This document shows, one piece after another, positions 7,866 to 14,923 of a stretch of 26,446 nt of DNA. The first letter of the stretch is position 1; each line of letters opens with the position of its first letter. The DNA is from a virus (Duplodnaviria; Heunggongvirae; Uroviricota; Caudoviricetes). A program made the position numbers and the translations under genes. The DNA is taken from IMG/VR virus record IMGVR_UViG_3300003097_000006. The stretch is one strand, 5' to 3'. Under the pieces are notes generated by a model that saw only the letters and a list, made by a program, of their open reading frames with translations, had not been told where the DNA came from and made no database searches.

Positions 7866-8423
7866 TTAGTCGTCAAGAACTACATTATGTGGTTCGAGGT
7901 TGACGATAAGGCGATTACGAATACGGTGCAAACTAACATAAATGTTATTCGCTGTCATACGATGCTTCTTAGCGACGTCCTTGGTTTCCAAGTTCTTCAA
8001 GTAGATATCAGCGAATAACTCTCGCTCTGAATCTTTAAGACTTTCAAAAGCCTCTTGAACAAAATTGGATGCCTCGTCTGATAATAGCTCTCGAATGGGG
8101 TCAGTTAATCCATCGTCATGGCATTCAAACTCTAACACATTGTCATACAATTCAGTGTCTACTCGGTCGAATTCCTTGCGTACATATCCATAACGGACAT
8201 TGTTAGCTATCGTACCGATTACACCACCTAACTTATCCCACTGAATTCGGTCCCAATACTGCCAAACTCTCAGAAGAGTTTCTTGAGCCAAATCTTCAGC
8301 AAGATGATAATCTTTTTCCATGTAGAAGAATTGCTTCTGCAATGGACCCCAGAATTCAGCATACAATTCTTCGAATGTGTATGAAGTTTTCTTAGGAGTT
8401 GGAGCACTAATGCGCTTTGCCAT
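7866..8423 (-). CDS. phage ECF-type RNA polymerase sigma factor
   Basis: Region 2 (AEDLAQETLLRVWQY, IANNVRYGYVRKE) and region 4 HTH (LKDSERELFADIYLKNLETKDVAKK...YVSLHRIRNRL). ORF is open to 8546, but ATG 8423 with AGGGA RBS fits better. Confidence 0.85.
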   Translation of the reverse strand: MAKRISAPTPKKTSYTFEELYAEFWGPLQKQFFYMEKDYHLAEDLAQETLLRVWQYWDRIQWDKLGGVIGTIANNVRYGYVRKEFDRVDTELYDNVLEFECHDDGLTDPIRELLSDEASNFVQEAFESLKDSERELFADIYLKNLETKDVAKKHRMTANNIYVSLHRIRNRLIVNLEPHNVVLDD

Positions 8424-8522
8424 AATACAATCCCTGTATTGAATGGAAAACAAGTCTTCAAAACACCTTGAAGATTTTAAATCATAAACTCTAGCGAGTT
8501 TTAAGGGCTTCCCGACGAAGCC
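8424..8522 (-). promoter_or_regulatory. structured 5' leader of the sigma gene (four hairpins)
   Basis: Perfect stems at 8506-8522, 8486-8501, 8455-8474 and 8424-8440. Confidence 0.55.
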
Positions 8523-8564
8523 TCGCGTTTTAATACGAAGTTTCATGGGAAACCCTTATCTTAA

Positions 8565-9338
8565 TTAGAACGGAATGTCGTCGTCAAAGGCAACATCGTT
8601 CGGGGTGTTACGAGTGTTGGTATTGCTACCGTACTTCTCTTCTTCACGAGTAGTAGTGTTATCTGGACGGTCACCATCACCACCATCATTTACAGGCTCT
8701 TTACCTGCATATGGGATGTGCTGAGCATCTTTCGCTTCAGTCAGCATGTCACGCTGGAACTTGTAAACCTTAGCATACGCAGCAGTCATTGCTGGAGTGT
8801 CGGAGTACGGGTTGAACGCAACCATTTCTGAACGAGCTTCACCTACTTTAGATTTGTTACGAGAGCTAACAGCGCCAACAGAGGTTACTTTGTTACGAGT
8901 GATGCCCTGTTTTGTGGTATAAGAACCAACACCAACAGAAACAACTTCACCCAGTTTATCCATGAACCATTCCAGATTGCGTGGAACTTCAGTGATAGTT
9001 GGGTCAATTGCTTTGCAGAGGTCGAATACACCACCACGTTTAGCACCTGGGAACAGGAAGTAATCTTTGAACTGGCAAGATGGACGAGGGTCAATCGGCT
9101 TACCGACTTTATCTTCGTCACCTTCGAAAGTACGACCAGTAGCATCGATATCAATCAGTTCGAATGCAATGGAGCACTTAAAGGCTGGAGCTTTGCGTTC
9201 GCCCTGCCATTCAGGTTGTTCCTGAACACCAAGACCGATAAAGCGGACAATACGCGCATCATATACATCGTTTTCGATAACGTCATATACAGTACGGGAT
9301 TTTTTAGAAGAGGAAGTAGATGGGATAGCAGTAGTCAT
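8565..9338 (-). CDS. putative single-stranded DNA-binding / annealing protein
   Basis: YDARIVRFIGLGVQEQ N-terminus, beta-rich core, disordered acidic C-tail ending DDDIPF like bacterial SSB; strongly biased codons. Confidence 0.65.
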   Translation of the reverse strand: MTTAIPSTSSSKKSRTVYDVIENDVYDARIVRFIGLGVQEQPEWQGERKAPAFKCSIAFELIDIDATGRTFEGDEDKVGKPIDPRPSCQFKDYFLFPGAKRGGVFDLCKAIDPTITEVPRNLEWFMDKLGEVVSVGVGSYTTKQGITRNKVTSVGAVSSRNKSKVGEARSEMVAFNPYSDTPAMTAAYAKVYKFQRDMLTEAKDAQHIPYAGKEPVNDGGDGDRPDNTTTREEEKYGSNTNTRNTPNDVAFDDDIPF

Positions 9339-9441
9339 GTGTATATTCCTTAATATAGCTCAATTAATATGAAGAGACTGTTTATGCTCTTCGCTTGGTT
9401 TGTATATTGTTTAGTGTCAATCCGTGACAATACTTACACAT
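9339..9441 (-). promoter_or_regulatory. candidate promoter/operator region upstream of the SSB-like gene
   Basis: TTGTCA-N18-TATACA (9430-9401); inverted repeat TGTCA-N5-TGACA (9415-9429); hairpin GAAGAG-N10-CTCTTC (9371-9392); AAGGA RBS. Confidence 0.4.
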
Positions 9442-9864
9442 TTAAGTAAATATTTGTGACCGTGAAACACCGTCAAAATAACAGAAATCACCGGCAAATG
9501 TGGTATTTCGATGATACAAATCTCGAAGCTTACCACCTGTCTTCTTCTCGTAATGATACTCAATTGCCTTCCTGGCATAAATGAGTCGATTCATGAATGA
9601 GTAGTTGTGACTCCTGCTGAAAGTTCTTCCATCAACCGTCTCAGATTTAATGTTCACAAACCGTGTCACTGATTCTAAGTCAATTGTTTGTAGAGCTCTC
9701 AACGCTTGAAATAAAGCATATGGAGATGAGGGACGCGAATGACCAGAATTCGCAGCCCCATACAGCACATCTTGAATCCATCCACTGAGTTCATGAAACT
9801 CATCAAAATTCGAGAACAAGTTTTGCAGGTCCGAGTTGTCAATTGAAGTGGCTGGTCGTGCCAT
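9442..9864 (-). CDS. hypothetical protein, 140 aa
   Basis: ORF with GAGGA RBS; no motif recognised. Confidence 0.75.
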   Translation of the reverse strand: MARPATSIDNSDLQNLFSNFDEFHELSGWIQDVLYGAANSGHSRPSSPYALFQALRALQTIDLESVTRFVNIKSETVDGRTFSRSHNYSFMNRLIYARKAIEYHYEKKTGGKLRDLYHRNTTFAGDFCYFDGVSRSQIFT

Positions 9865-9875
9865 ATTTCCTCATG

Positions 9876-10268
9876 TTAAATTTCGAAATGAGGACCATCG
9901 AACCGTTTATTCTTTTGCCAACCATCAGTAGTAGGTGCCCAGGTTCCACCCCAAACAACTCTAATACCTAACTTGTCAGCAGCAGCTAACACATGTGCAG
10001 CCATAACAACGAATCGTTCCAAATTGTTCCAATCCACTGGGTATGGTGCAATGTCAACAGCCCGACCGTCCAAATGCTTAGACTTCATTGTCCAAGACAC
10101 ACCTTTTTCAACATTCTTGCGTTGCTCTTCTACAGTGCGAACCGTAGATGGTAATACAGTAATGTCAAAAGGCATGGACTTAAAGGCTTCTTCAAGAACT
10201 TTTCTTAAATCGGGATGTACTTGATTTAATAGCTCTTGCGACTTTTTGCCCAAATGTACGTTGCTCAC
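9876..10268 (-). CDS. endolysin, M15 L-Ala-D-Glu peptidase (T5 lys-like)
   Basis: VHPDL, RTVEEQ, SKHLDGRAVD, WGGTW, DGPHFEI motifs; GTG start with GGAGG. Confidence 0.9.
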   Translation of the reverse strand: MSNVHLGKKSQELLNQVHPDLRKVLEEAFKSMPFDITVLPSTVRTVEEQRKNVEKGVSWTMKSKHLDGRAVDIAPYPVDWNNLERFVVMAAHVLAAADKLGIRVVWGGTWAPTTDGWQKNKRFDGPHFEI

Positions 10269-10737
10269 TGAAATACCTCCGAATATCTTGTAAAGAAATA
10301 GGACGATAATTCAGACGCTCTGCACTTGTACAGAAATAACGTGGGTCATTAATAGCAGAACGGTGCATGTGACCGTGAATGTTACGTTTACCACGAAGTT
10401 CCATAGGATGCACTGGAATGTGCGTCAGCCAGAACTCTTTGTATTTGATTGGACCAGAGACCCACTTGAACACTTTAGTAAAGTCTACATTGTAGTCGTC
10501 GTGGTTTCCGAGAACCAGATGCTTGTTCGGGCACTTAATCTTTGCAATCAAAGCCAAAGCTGAATCATCAAAAACCCAGTCTCCCATAAAGAACATCTTG
10601 TCACGCACTGTTACCACTGCGTTGATGTTATCAATGATTGTCTGGTTATGTTGTTCAATAGTGCTAAATTCCGGACGATATTTCAAAATATTTCGGTGGG
10701 CAAAATGTCCATCGCCCATAAAGTAAACTTCAGCCAT
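10192..10737 (-). CDS. calcineurin-like metallophosphoesterase
   Basis: GDGH, GD, GNHD, TH, HGHMH motifs; likely start ATG 10737 (MAEVYF). Confidence 0.9.
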   Translation of the reverse strand: MAEVYFMGDGHFAHRNILKYRPEFSTIEQHNQTIIDNINAVVTVRDKMFFMGDWVFDDSALALIAKIKCPNKHLVLGNHDDYNVDFTKVFKWVSGPIKYKEFWLTHIPVHPMELRGKRNIHGHMHRSAINDPRYFCTSAERLNYRPISLQDIRRYFSEQRTFGQKVARAIKSSTSRFKKSS

Positions 10738-10819
10738 GCTCTTTATCAATCCATGCAGAGACAAACCACAACCCTACAGCAAAGAGGGTTGCGATAAACA
10801 GTGCTCCCCAGAAACTCAT
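10730..10819 (-). CDS. 29-aa transmembrane peptide (not in track)
   Basis: MSFWGALFIATLFAVGLWFVSAWIDKEHG; ATGA-coupled upstream, overlaps the phosphoesterase start; GAGG RBS. Confidence 0.6.
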   Translation of the reverse strand: MSFWGALFIATLFAVGLWFVSAWIDKEHG

Positions 10820-10962
10820 TCTTGAACCTCTTGAAGCTTAATAATTGTACCACCTAACAGAACTAAGTTCTCTGCTGCAACATCAGCATCGGTGTAAACT
10901 TTCTTAACTTCCTTTTGGTCTTTGCCAGAGGAGATTTTAAAAGTGTGGTAATAGTAGAACAT
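10816..10962 (-). CDS. microprotein, 48 aa (not in track)
   Basis: MFYYYHTFKISSGKDQKEVKKVYTDADVAAENLVLLGGTIIKLQEVQE; GGAGG RBS, TAATG overlap. Confidence 0.7.
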   Translation of the reverse strand: MFYYYHTFKISSGKDQKEVKKVYTDADVAAENLVLLGGTIIKLQEVQE

Positions 10963-11390
10963 TAATCCTCCAAGGATGTAAAAGTTTTTGTTTCTTCAAT
11001 CTCTGTAGCCAAGTCACCAACATCACCTTCATTAATGCAGGACTGTAACATCCAAGTCATTTGATGAACTGATGGGATGAAGTGTGGAGAGTCGTCAATC
11101 CAGATGTGAGGAACCCACCCAATTTCACGGGTATGGTGTCGTTTCTGTTTACCATTAGTGAAAATTACAGGGATACCTGCTTCTTTGGCGAAACTGAGGA
11201 CATCCTCATTATCACTCACTCCATGCTCATGACGGAAGGTGGTGATGCGAACATCCCACCCAATTCCTTTCATCAAGCAAACTACAGCACCCCAACCCTC
11301 GATATCAGCGCTAACTGTATCATCAAAGTCAAGACCAATACGAAGCTCTCGTGTCACAGTAGTTTCCTCAAAATCCATTAGATTGTACAT
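10962..11390 (-). CDS. HAD-superfamily phosphatase / nucleotidase
   Basis: Motif I GLDFDDT, motif II TT, K, motif IV WIDD. Confidence 0.8.
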   Translation of the reverse strand: MYNLMDFEETTVTRELRIGLDFDDTVSADIEGWGAVVCLMKGIGWDVRITTFRHEHGVSDNEDVLSFAKEAGIPVIFTNGKQKRHHTREIGWVPHIWIDDSPHFIPSVHQMTWMLQSCINEGDVGDLATEIEETKTFTSLED

Positions 11391-11590
11391 CCGTCACAAG
11401 TCAGGTCACCCATCAAAGATGCCTGAAGAATACGAGAAGATTCGTCAGAGTGGAGTGCATCAATCTGCTCTTTTAGCTCTGACAATTTTACAAAGTCAAT
11501 CACATCACCAGATGTGAAATTAAAATCAGACGTGAAGATGAAGATACCTTCTTTATCTGACGGAGAATATCGTTCAATCAATGTAGTCAT
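11378..11590 (-). CDS. hypothetical microprotein
   Basis: 70-aa coupled ORF with GGAG RBS. Confidence 0.6.
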   Translation of the reverse strand: MTTLIERYSPSDKEGIFIFTSDFNFTSGDVIDFVKLSELKEQIDALHSDESSRILQASLMGDLTCDGCTI

Positions 11591-11778
11591 TATTCAACTC
11601 CTTCAGGTTTAACAAAGTCATATTCGGCAGTCTCTGAGAAACCCACCTTTGGAACTGAGATTAACTTATAAACTTTACCATCCGGGTCGTTTGTACGAGC
11701 AACAGTGGCATGTCGTTCATTCATAAAGTAATCAACAGAACCATCAAGTTTTTCTAGTGTCCAAATCTTATACACCAA
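11590..11778 (-). CDS. hypothetical microprotein
   Basis: AAGGAGG RBS; TTG 11778 or GTG 11775 start. Confidence 0.65.
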   Translation of the reverse strand: MVYKIWTLEKLDGSVDYFMNERHATVARTNDPDGKVYKLISVPKVGFSETAEYDFVKPEGVE

Positions 11779-11784
11779 ACCTCC

Positions 11785-11985
11785 TTAGATTTTATCTACT
11801 CGTTCGTAGTACATTTCCATCTCTTTATCCATATTAGAGTGGAACATCAGTATGAAATCTTCATCGACTTCATACCCTATCTCACGAAGCTCTTGTATGC
11901 ACTGCTCTGGCTGGAATCCACGACTCCAACCATCAATTAAAGCTTCATGGAACCGAGTACCATCTTTATACCCAGTGGTTCTCAT
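11785..11985 (-). CDS. hypothetical acidic microprotein
   Basis: 66-aa ORF, tightly packed between neighbours. Confidence 0.65.
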   Translation of the reverse strand: MRTTGYKDGTRFHEALIDGWSRGFQPEQCIQELREIGYEVDEDFILMFHSNMDKEMEMYYERVDKI

Positions 11986-11987
11986 AA

Positions 11988-12209
11988 TTAACGAACCTTT
12001 TTATAAGTGTAAACACCGTCCTGGACAAGTTTAGATAGACCAGGCAAAACTGTTACTTTATAAATATCAGCAGTTGTGATAGCTTGTGGGCTACCATTCT
12101 GCAACACGGCCTTCTTATGAGCTCGTGCTGCTGCTCGTGTTTTATGAATAGATTTCATCTCGAAACCATAAGAGTAAACAAAATGAACTTCCCATTGAAC
12201 TTTAGACAT
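11988..12209 (-). CDS. hypothetical microprotein
   Basis: 73 aa, GAAGG RBS; beta-beta-alpha-beta pattern like the 2754-4234 family. Confidence 0.65.
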   Translation of the reverse strand: MSKVQWEVHFVYSYGFEMKSIHKTRAAARAHKKAVLQNGSPQAITTADIYKVTVLPGLSKLVQDGVYTYKKVR

Positions 12210-12387
12210 GTGTGTATCCTTCCGATTCGAGATTGTTGTGAAAAATTAACCAACCAAGAGTTCCGACTTTTAATACTTTAAAGTCCATACTCATAAAGGT
12301 TAGATATTCTTCAATGTCATGGCCATAGCACCAAGTGCCATCAGGCCATACGTAGTAATCATCACCCACGTTCCATGTGTCCTTCAA
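12202..12387 (-). CDS. hypothetical microprotein (VWPDGTWCY motif)
   Basis: DDYYVWPDGTWCY...EEY...MSMDF pattern recalled from conserved phage microproteins; start uncertain (TTG 12387 or GTG 12369). Confidence 0.65.
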   Translation of the reverse strand: MKDTWNVGDDYYVWPDGTWCYGHDIEEYLTFMSMDFKVLKVGTLGWLIFHNNLESEGYTHV

Positions 12388-13114
12388 TTAGTGCTAGAAA
12401 CTCTGGATTGGTAAAAGCGTCTTCCGCTGTTGTAAGGAAGTACTGTATACCATTTGATTCCATTTGATACCGTTCACTCATATCAATCTGCGGGTTAACC
12501 ACAACCAACTTCGCACCACGATTAATTGCTGGGAACAAGTCCCAAATGAAGTTGATTACTTGGTTTGAAGCGCCAACCAGTATGATAATATCATCAGGCA
12601 TTATATCATCAAACACGTTATACATGTCTTGATATTTTGGAGCCAATTCACCAAAGAAGACAACATCAGGTTTACACCAGTGATAATCATCTGGTTCAAT
12701 CTGAGTATAACCAATGTTTACACACTGTTCTTCAGAATCTTCTTCAAGTTTATAGCGAAGATAAGTCAACCTTCCATGAACATGAATGACTTCCTCTTCA
12801 GGAATTCCAGCACGTTCAAGCAAATCATCAACGTTTGTTGTGACGTTTTTAACACGACCTTTATAACGTTCAAACCACTCAGCAATACGGAGGTGAGCCA
12901 CATTGGGCTCAACTGTTCCTAGCTCTTCACGTCGCTTGTTATAAAAGGTGTGAGTTTTGTGGTAGAAGTTTCCACGGAAAGCTTGGATGTTACAAACCTC
13001 TTCAAGGTCATATTCATCCCACATAGCTTTTCCGCTATCAGTATCAGTGCGGAAAGCACGGACTCCACTTGCCACAGAGAGTCCTGCCCCGCTGACTACA
13101 ATCAGATTAGGCAA
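12362..13114 (-). CDS. Sir2/sirtuin family NAD+-dependent enzyme
   Basis: SGAGLSVASGVRAFR, PNVAH, TTNVDDLLERAG, catalytic VHG, KPDVVFFGE, VGAS. Likely TTG start 13114 with GGGAG RBS. Confidence 0.9.
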   Translation of the reverse strand: MPNLIVVSGAGLSVASGVRAFRTDTDSGKAMWDEYDLEEVCNIQAFRGNFYHKTHTFYNKRREELGTVEPNVAHLRIAEWFERYKGRVKNVTTNVDDLLERAGIPEEEVIHVHGRLTYLRYKLEEDSEEQCVNIGYTQIEPDDYHWCKPDVVFFGELAPKYQDMYNVFDDIMPDDIIILVGASNQVINFIWDLFPAINRGAKLVVVNPQIDMSERYQMESNGIQYFLTTAEDAFTNPEFLALIEGHMERG

Positions 13115-13811
13115 AGGAAACACTCCCATTAGTTTGGAATACAGCTTCAGCAAACCCACGAGGAGTTGCAGAGCGAATATTCTTAGTTTTAAGTGACTTG
13201 CCACCTAAGAGTTTGTGCTGACGACTGAATCCATCCTCAGGAATCACAGCTCGTTTATCAGGTTGGAGGAAACCATTACCTGACCAGATGCAAGTCTTCT
13301 TAGGATACGCATCACGAGGGGCAATATATTCAGGATACATTGGATGTACATCGTCAGATGGTAGATAACCACCATACTCATAGGGGTGGAAATTAAAGTC
13401 AGGTTTACGCCACAGTGTTGCCAATACACTCACTGGATTCTCAGCACCCCAAGGTGCATTCCAATGGTCTGCAACAACCTGAACAAACTTGGCTCGCTCA
13501 GTAGCTCGAATCTGACACTCAGGGTCAGCTTCAAGTTTCTTCTTGAAGTGAACAGCACCAGACACAGCTAAGTCTGTACACTCAGGGAACCCGAACACAA
13601 ACTTGACTTCATTATCACCAACAATGTCAATGATTTTATCAAGAGTTGATTCGTCATTTTCAAGCCACATACCAATTTTAACGTGATTGGTATCGACATC
13701 AGTTACACCTTCTGGGTGTTGACCATCAAAGCAGAAACACTTGTACCCATTTCGAATCCAAGGCTGAGCCATGATTCCGGTCAGGTCATACAAGAAAATC
13801 GCAGCTTTCAT
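13107..13811 (-). CDS. atypical phage DNA cytosine methyltransferase-like (Dcm-like) protein
   Basis: FPECTDLAVSG (PC-like motif IV), AENPV (ENV-like motif VI), YPKKTCIW, RSATPRGFA. ATG 13811 with GAGGA RBS. Confidence 0.65.
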   Translation of the reverse strand: MKAAIFLYDLTGIMAQPWIRNGYKCFCFDGQHPEGVTDVDTNHVKIGMWLENDESTLDKIIDIVGDNEVKFVFGFPECTDLAVSGAVHFKKKLEADPECQIRATERAKFVQVVADHWNAPWGAENPVSVLATLWRKPDFNFHPYEYGGYLPSDDVHPMYPEYIAPRDAYPKKTCIWSGNGFLQPDKRAVIPEDGFSRQHKLLGGKSLKTKNIRSATPRGFAEAVFQTNGSVSFA

Positions 13812-13968
13812 CTTCAACATCCTCATCAGCGTAAACAGGGATAATCTTAACTAAGTTCTCATGATATCGACGCCAAACACGATATTCATCTGCTGGCTCT
13901 TTATCGAACTCAAAACGAGGACAAACATCAGTCACATACACATGACCAATAAGTACTTTAGTATTCAC
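13786..13968 (-). CDS. hypothetical microprotein
   Basis: Track 13786..14070; likely GTG start 13968 overlapping the upstream gene end. Confidence 0.5.
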   Translation of the reverse strand: MNTKVLIGHVYVTDVCPRFEFDKEPADEYRVWRRYHENLVKIIPVYADEDVEDESCDFLV

Positions 13969-14176
13969 GCTTTCCAACGAAGACTCCGTTCTCCCACTGA
14001 TGGAGATGTTCGATATCCCAACAATCTGCAACAGCTTCAGCCTGGAACGAATCACAGCGCCAAGTGTCACCTTCCATTAAACCATCAACATGCTGACGAG
14101 CATAACGAAATGCTTCATGAGTATCAAAGAAATTCATAATACCATGTTCGTCGTAAATCCACCAAAATGTTTTCAT
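13958..14176 (-). CDS. hypothetical microprotein
   Basis: 72-aa ATGA-coupled ORF. Confidence 0.65.
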   Translation of the reverse strand: MKTFWWIYDEHGIMNFFDTHEAFRYARQHVDGLMEGDTWRCDSFQAEAVADCWDIEHLHQWENGVFVGKREY

Positions 14177-14376
14177 CGTTGTGCCTTAAGTACGTGAACT
14201 GGAGAAACAGTGAATCTTTCCCTTTGTGATTCATCAATGCGATTTGTTATAAACTCCCACGCTTTATGTTCACTGTCGAACATATAGTAATTGGTATCTG
14301 TATTGGATGGGTCGCATGTCATGACAAATTTTCCATCAATCATCCGACCAATTATCCATAATTTAGAACCTGCCAT
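14173..14376 (-). CDS. hypothetical microprotein
   Basis: 67 aa, GGAG RBS. Confidence 0.65.
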   Translation of the reverse strand: MAGSKLWIIGRMIDGKFVMTCDPSNTDTNYYMFDSEHKAWEFITNRIDESQRERFTVSPVHVLKAQR

Positions 14377-14377
14377 A

Positions 14378-14584
14378 TTAACTCCAAGGCATTTTGGTTA
14401 AGTTTCTCATCGAATTTTTGTACGATGGGTGAAGTTTATAGAGACAGCCTCTTTCTACACACCAGTCAGTTGCTCTATTCCGTAAGCGTATAAGACCGCA
14501 AACAGCACAGACGTGCTTACCAGCGTTGCTATCAAGAAACCATCGGTGTCCTTCCATTCGATACTTTTCATCGGTCGGGGACAT
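14378..14584 (-). CDS. Zn-finger microprotein (H..CxxC...C...C)
   Basis: HVCAVCGLIRLRNRATDWCVERGC. Confidence 0.7.
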   Translation of the reverse strand: MSPTDEKYRMEGHRWFLDSNAGKHVCAVCGLIRLRNRATDWCVERGCLYKLHPSYKNSMRNLTKMPWS

Positions 14585-14885
14585 ATAAAGTCACCTGGAA
14601 TGTTTCATCTTGACCATCTTTACTGATGGACCTAGTGAAGTAGAAGTTACGACCTTCAAGTACTCCTCCAAATGCTCTAACAGCAGCCATGACTAAATCT
14701 TCAAAAGCCTTAGCCCGTGGGTTTACTTTCCAAGACCTGTTAATATAACCAGCTTTTAACGTCTTTTCAGCCGTAACCACTGTATACCCGATTCGATGTT
14801 CTTGAGGTAATTCAATTAAGGCCTTAGCCCAAGCATCAAATGTTAATCGAGGATTATAAACTACATTGGTTTTGATTTCATTCAT
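14568..14885 (-). CDS. hypothetical protein
   Basis: Track 14568..14942; likely start ATG 14885 (MNEIK), downstream of the hairpin. Confidence 0.65.
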   Translation of the reverse strand: MNEIKTNVVYNPRLTFDAWAKALIELPQEHRIGYTVVTAEKTLKAGYINRSWKVNPRAKAFEDLVMAAVRAFGGVLEGRNFYFTRSISKDGQDETFQVTLYVPDR

Positions 14886-14898
14886 TCTTTCACCAGAA

Positions 14899-14914
14899 GG
14901 CTCCCGAAGGAGCC
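14899..14914 (-). promoter_or_regulatory. UUCG hairpin identical to the 6336 terminator stem but lacking a U-tract
   Basis: GGCTCC-TTCG-GGAGCC followed by TTCTGG, 10 nt after the polymerase stop. Confidence 0.6.
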
Positions 14915-14923
14915 ACCTTTTAA

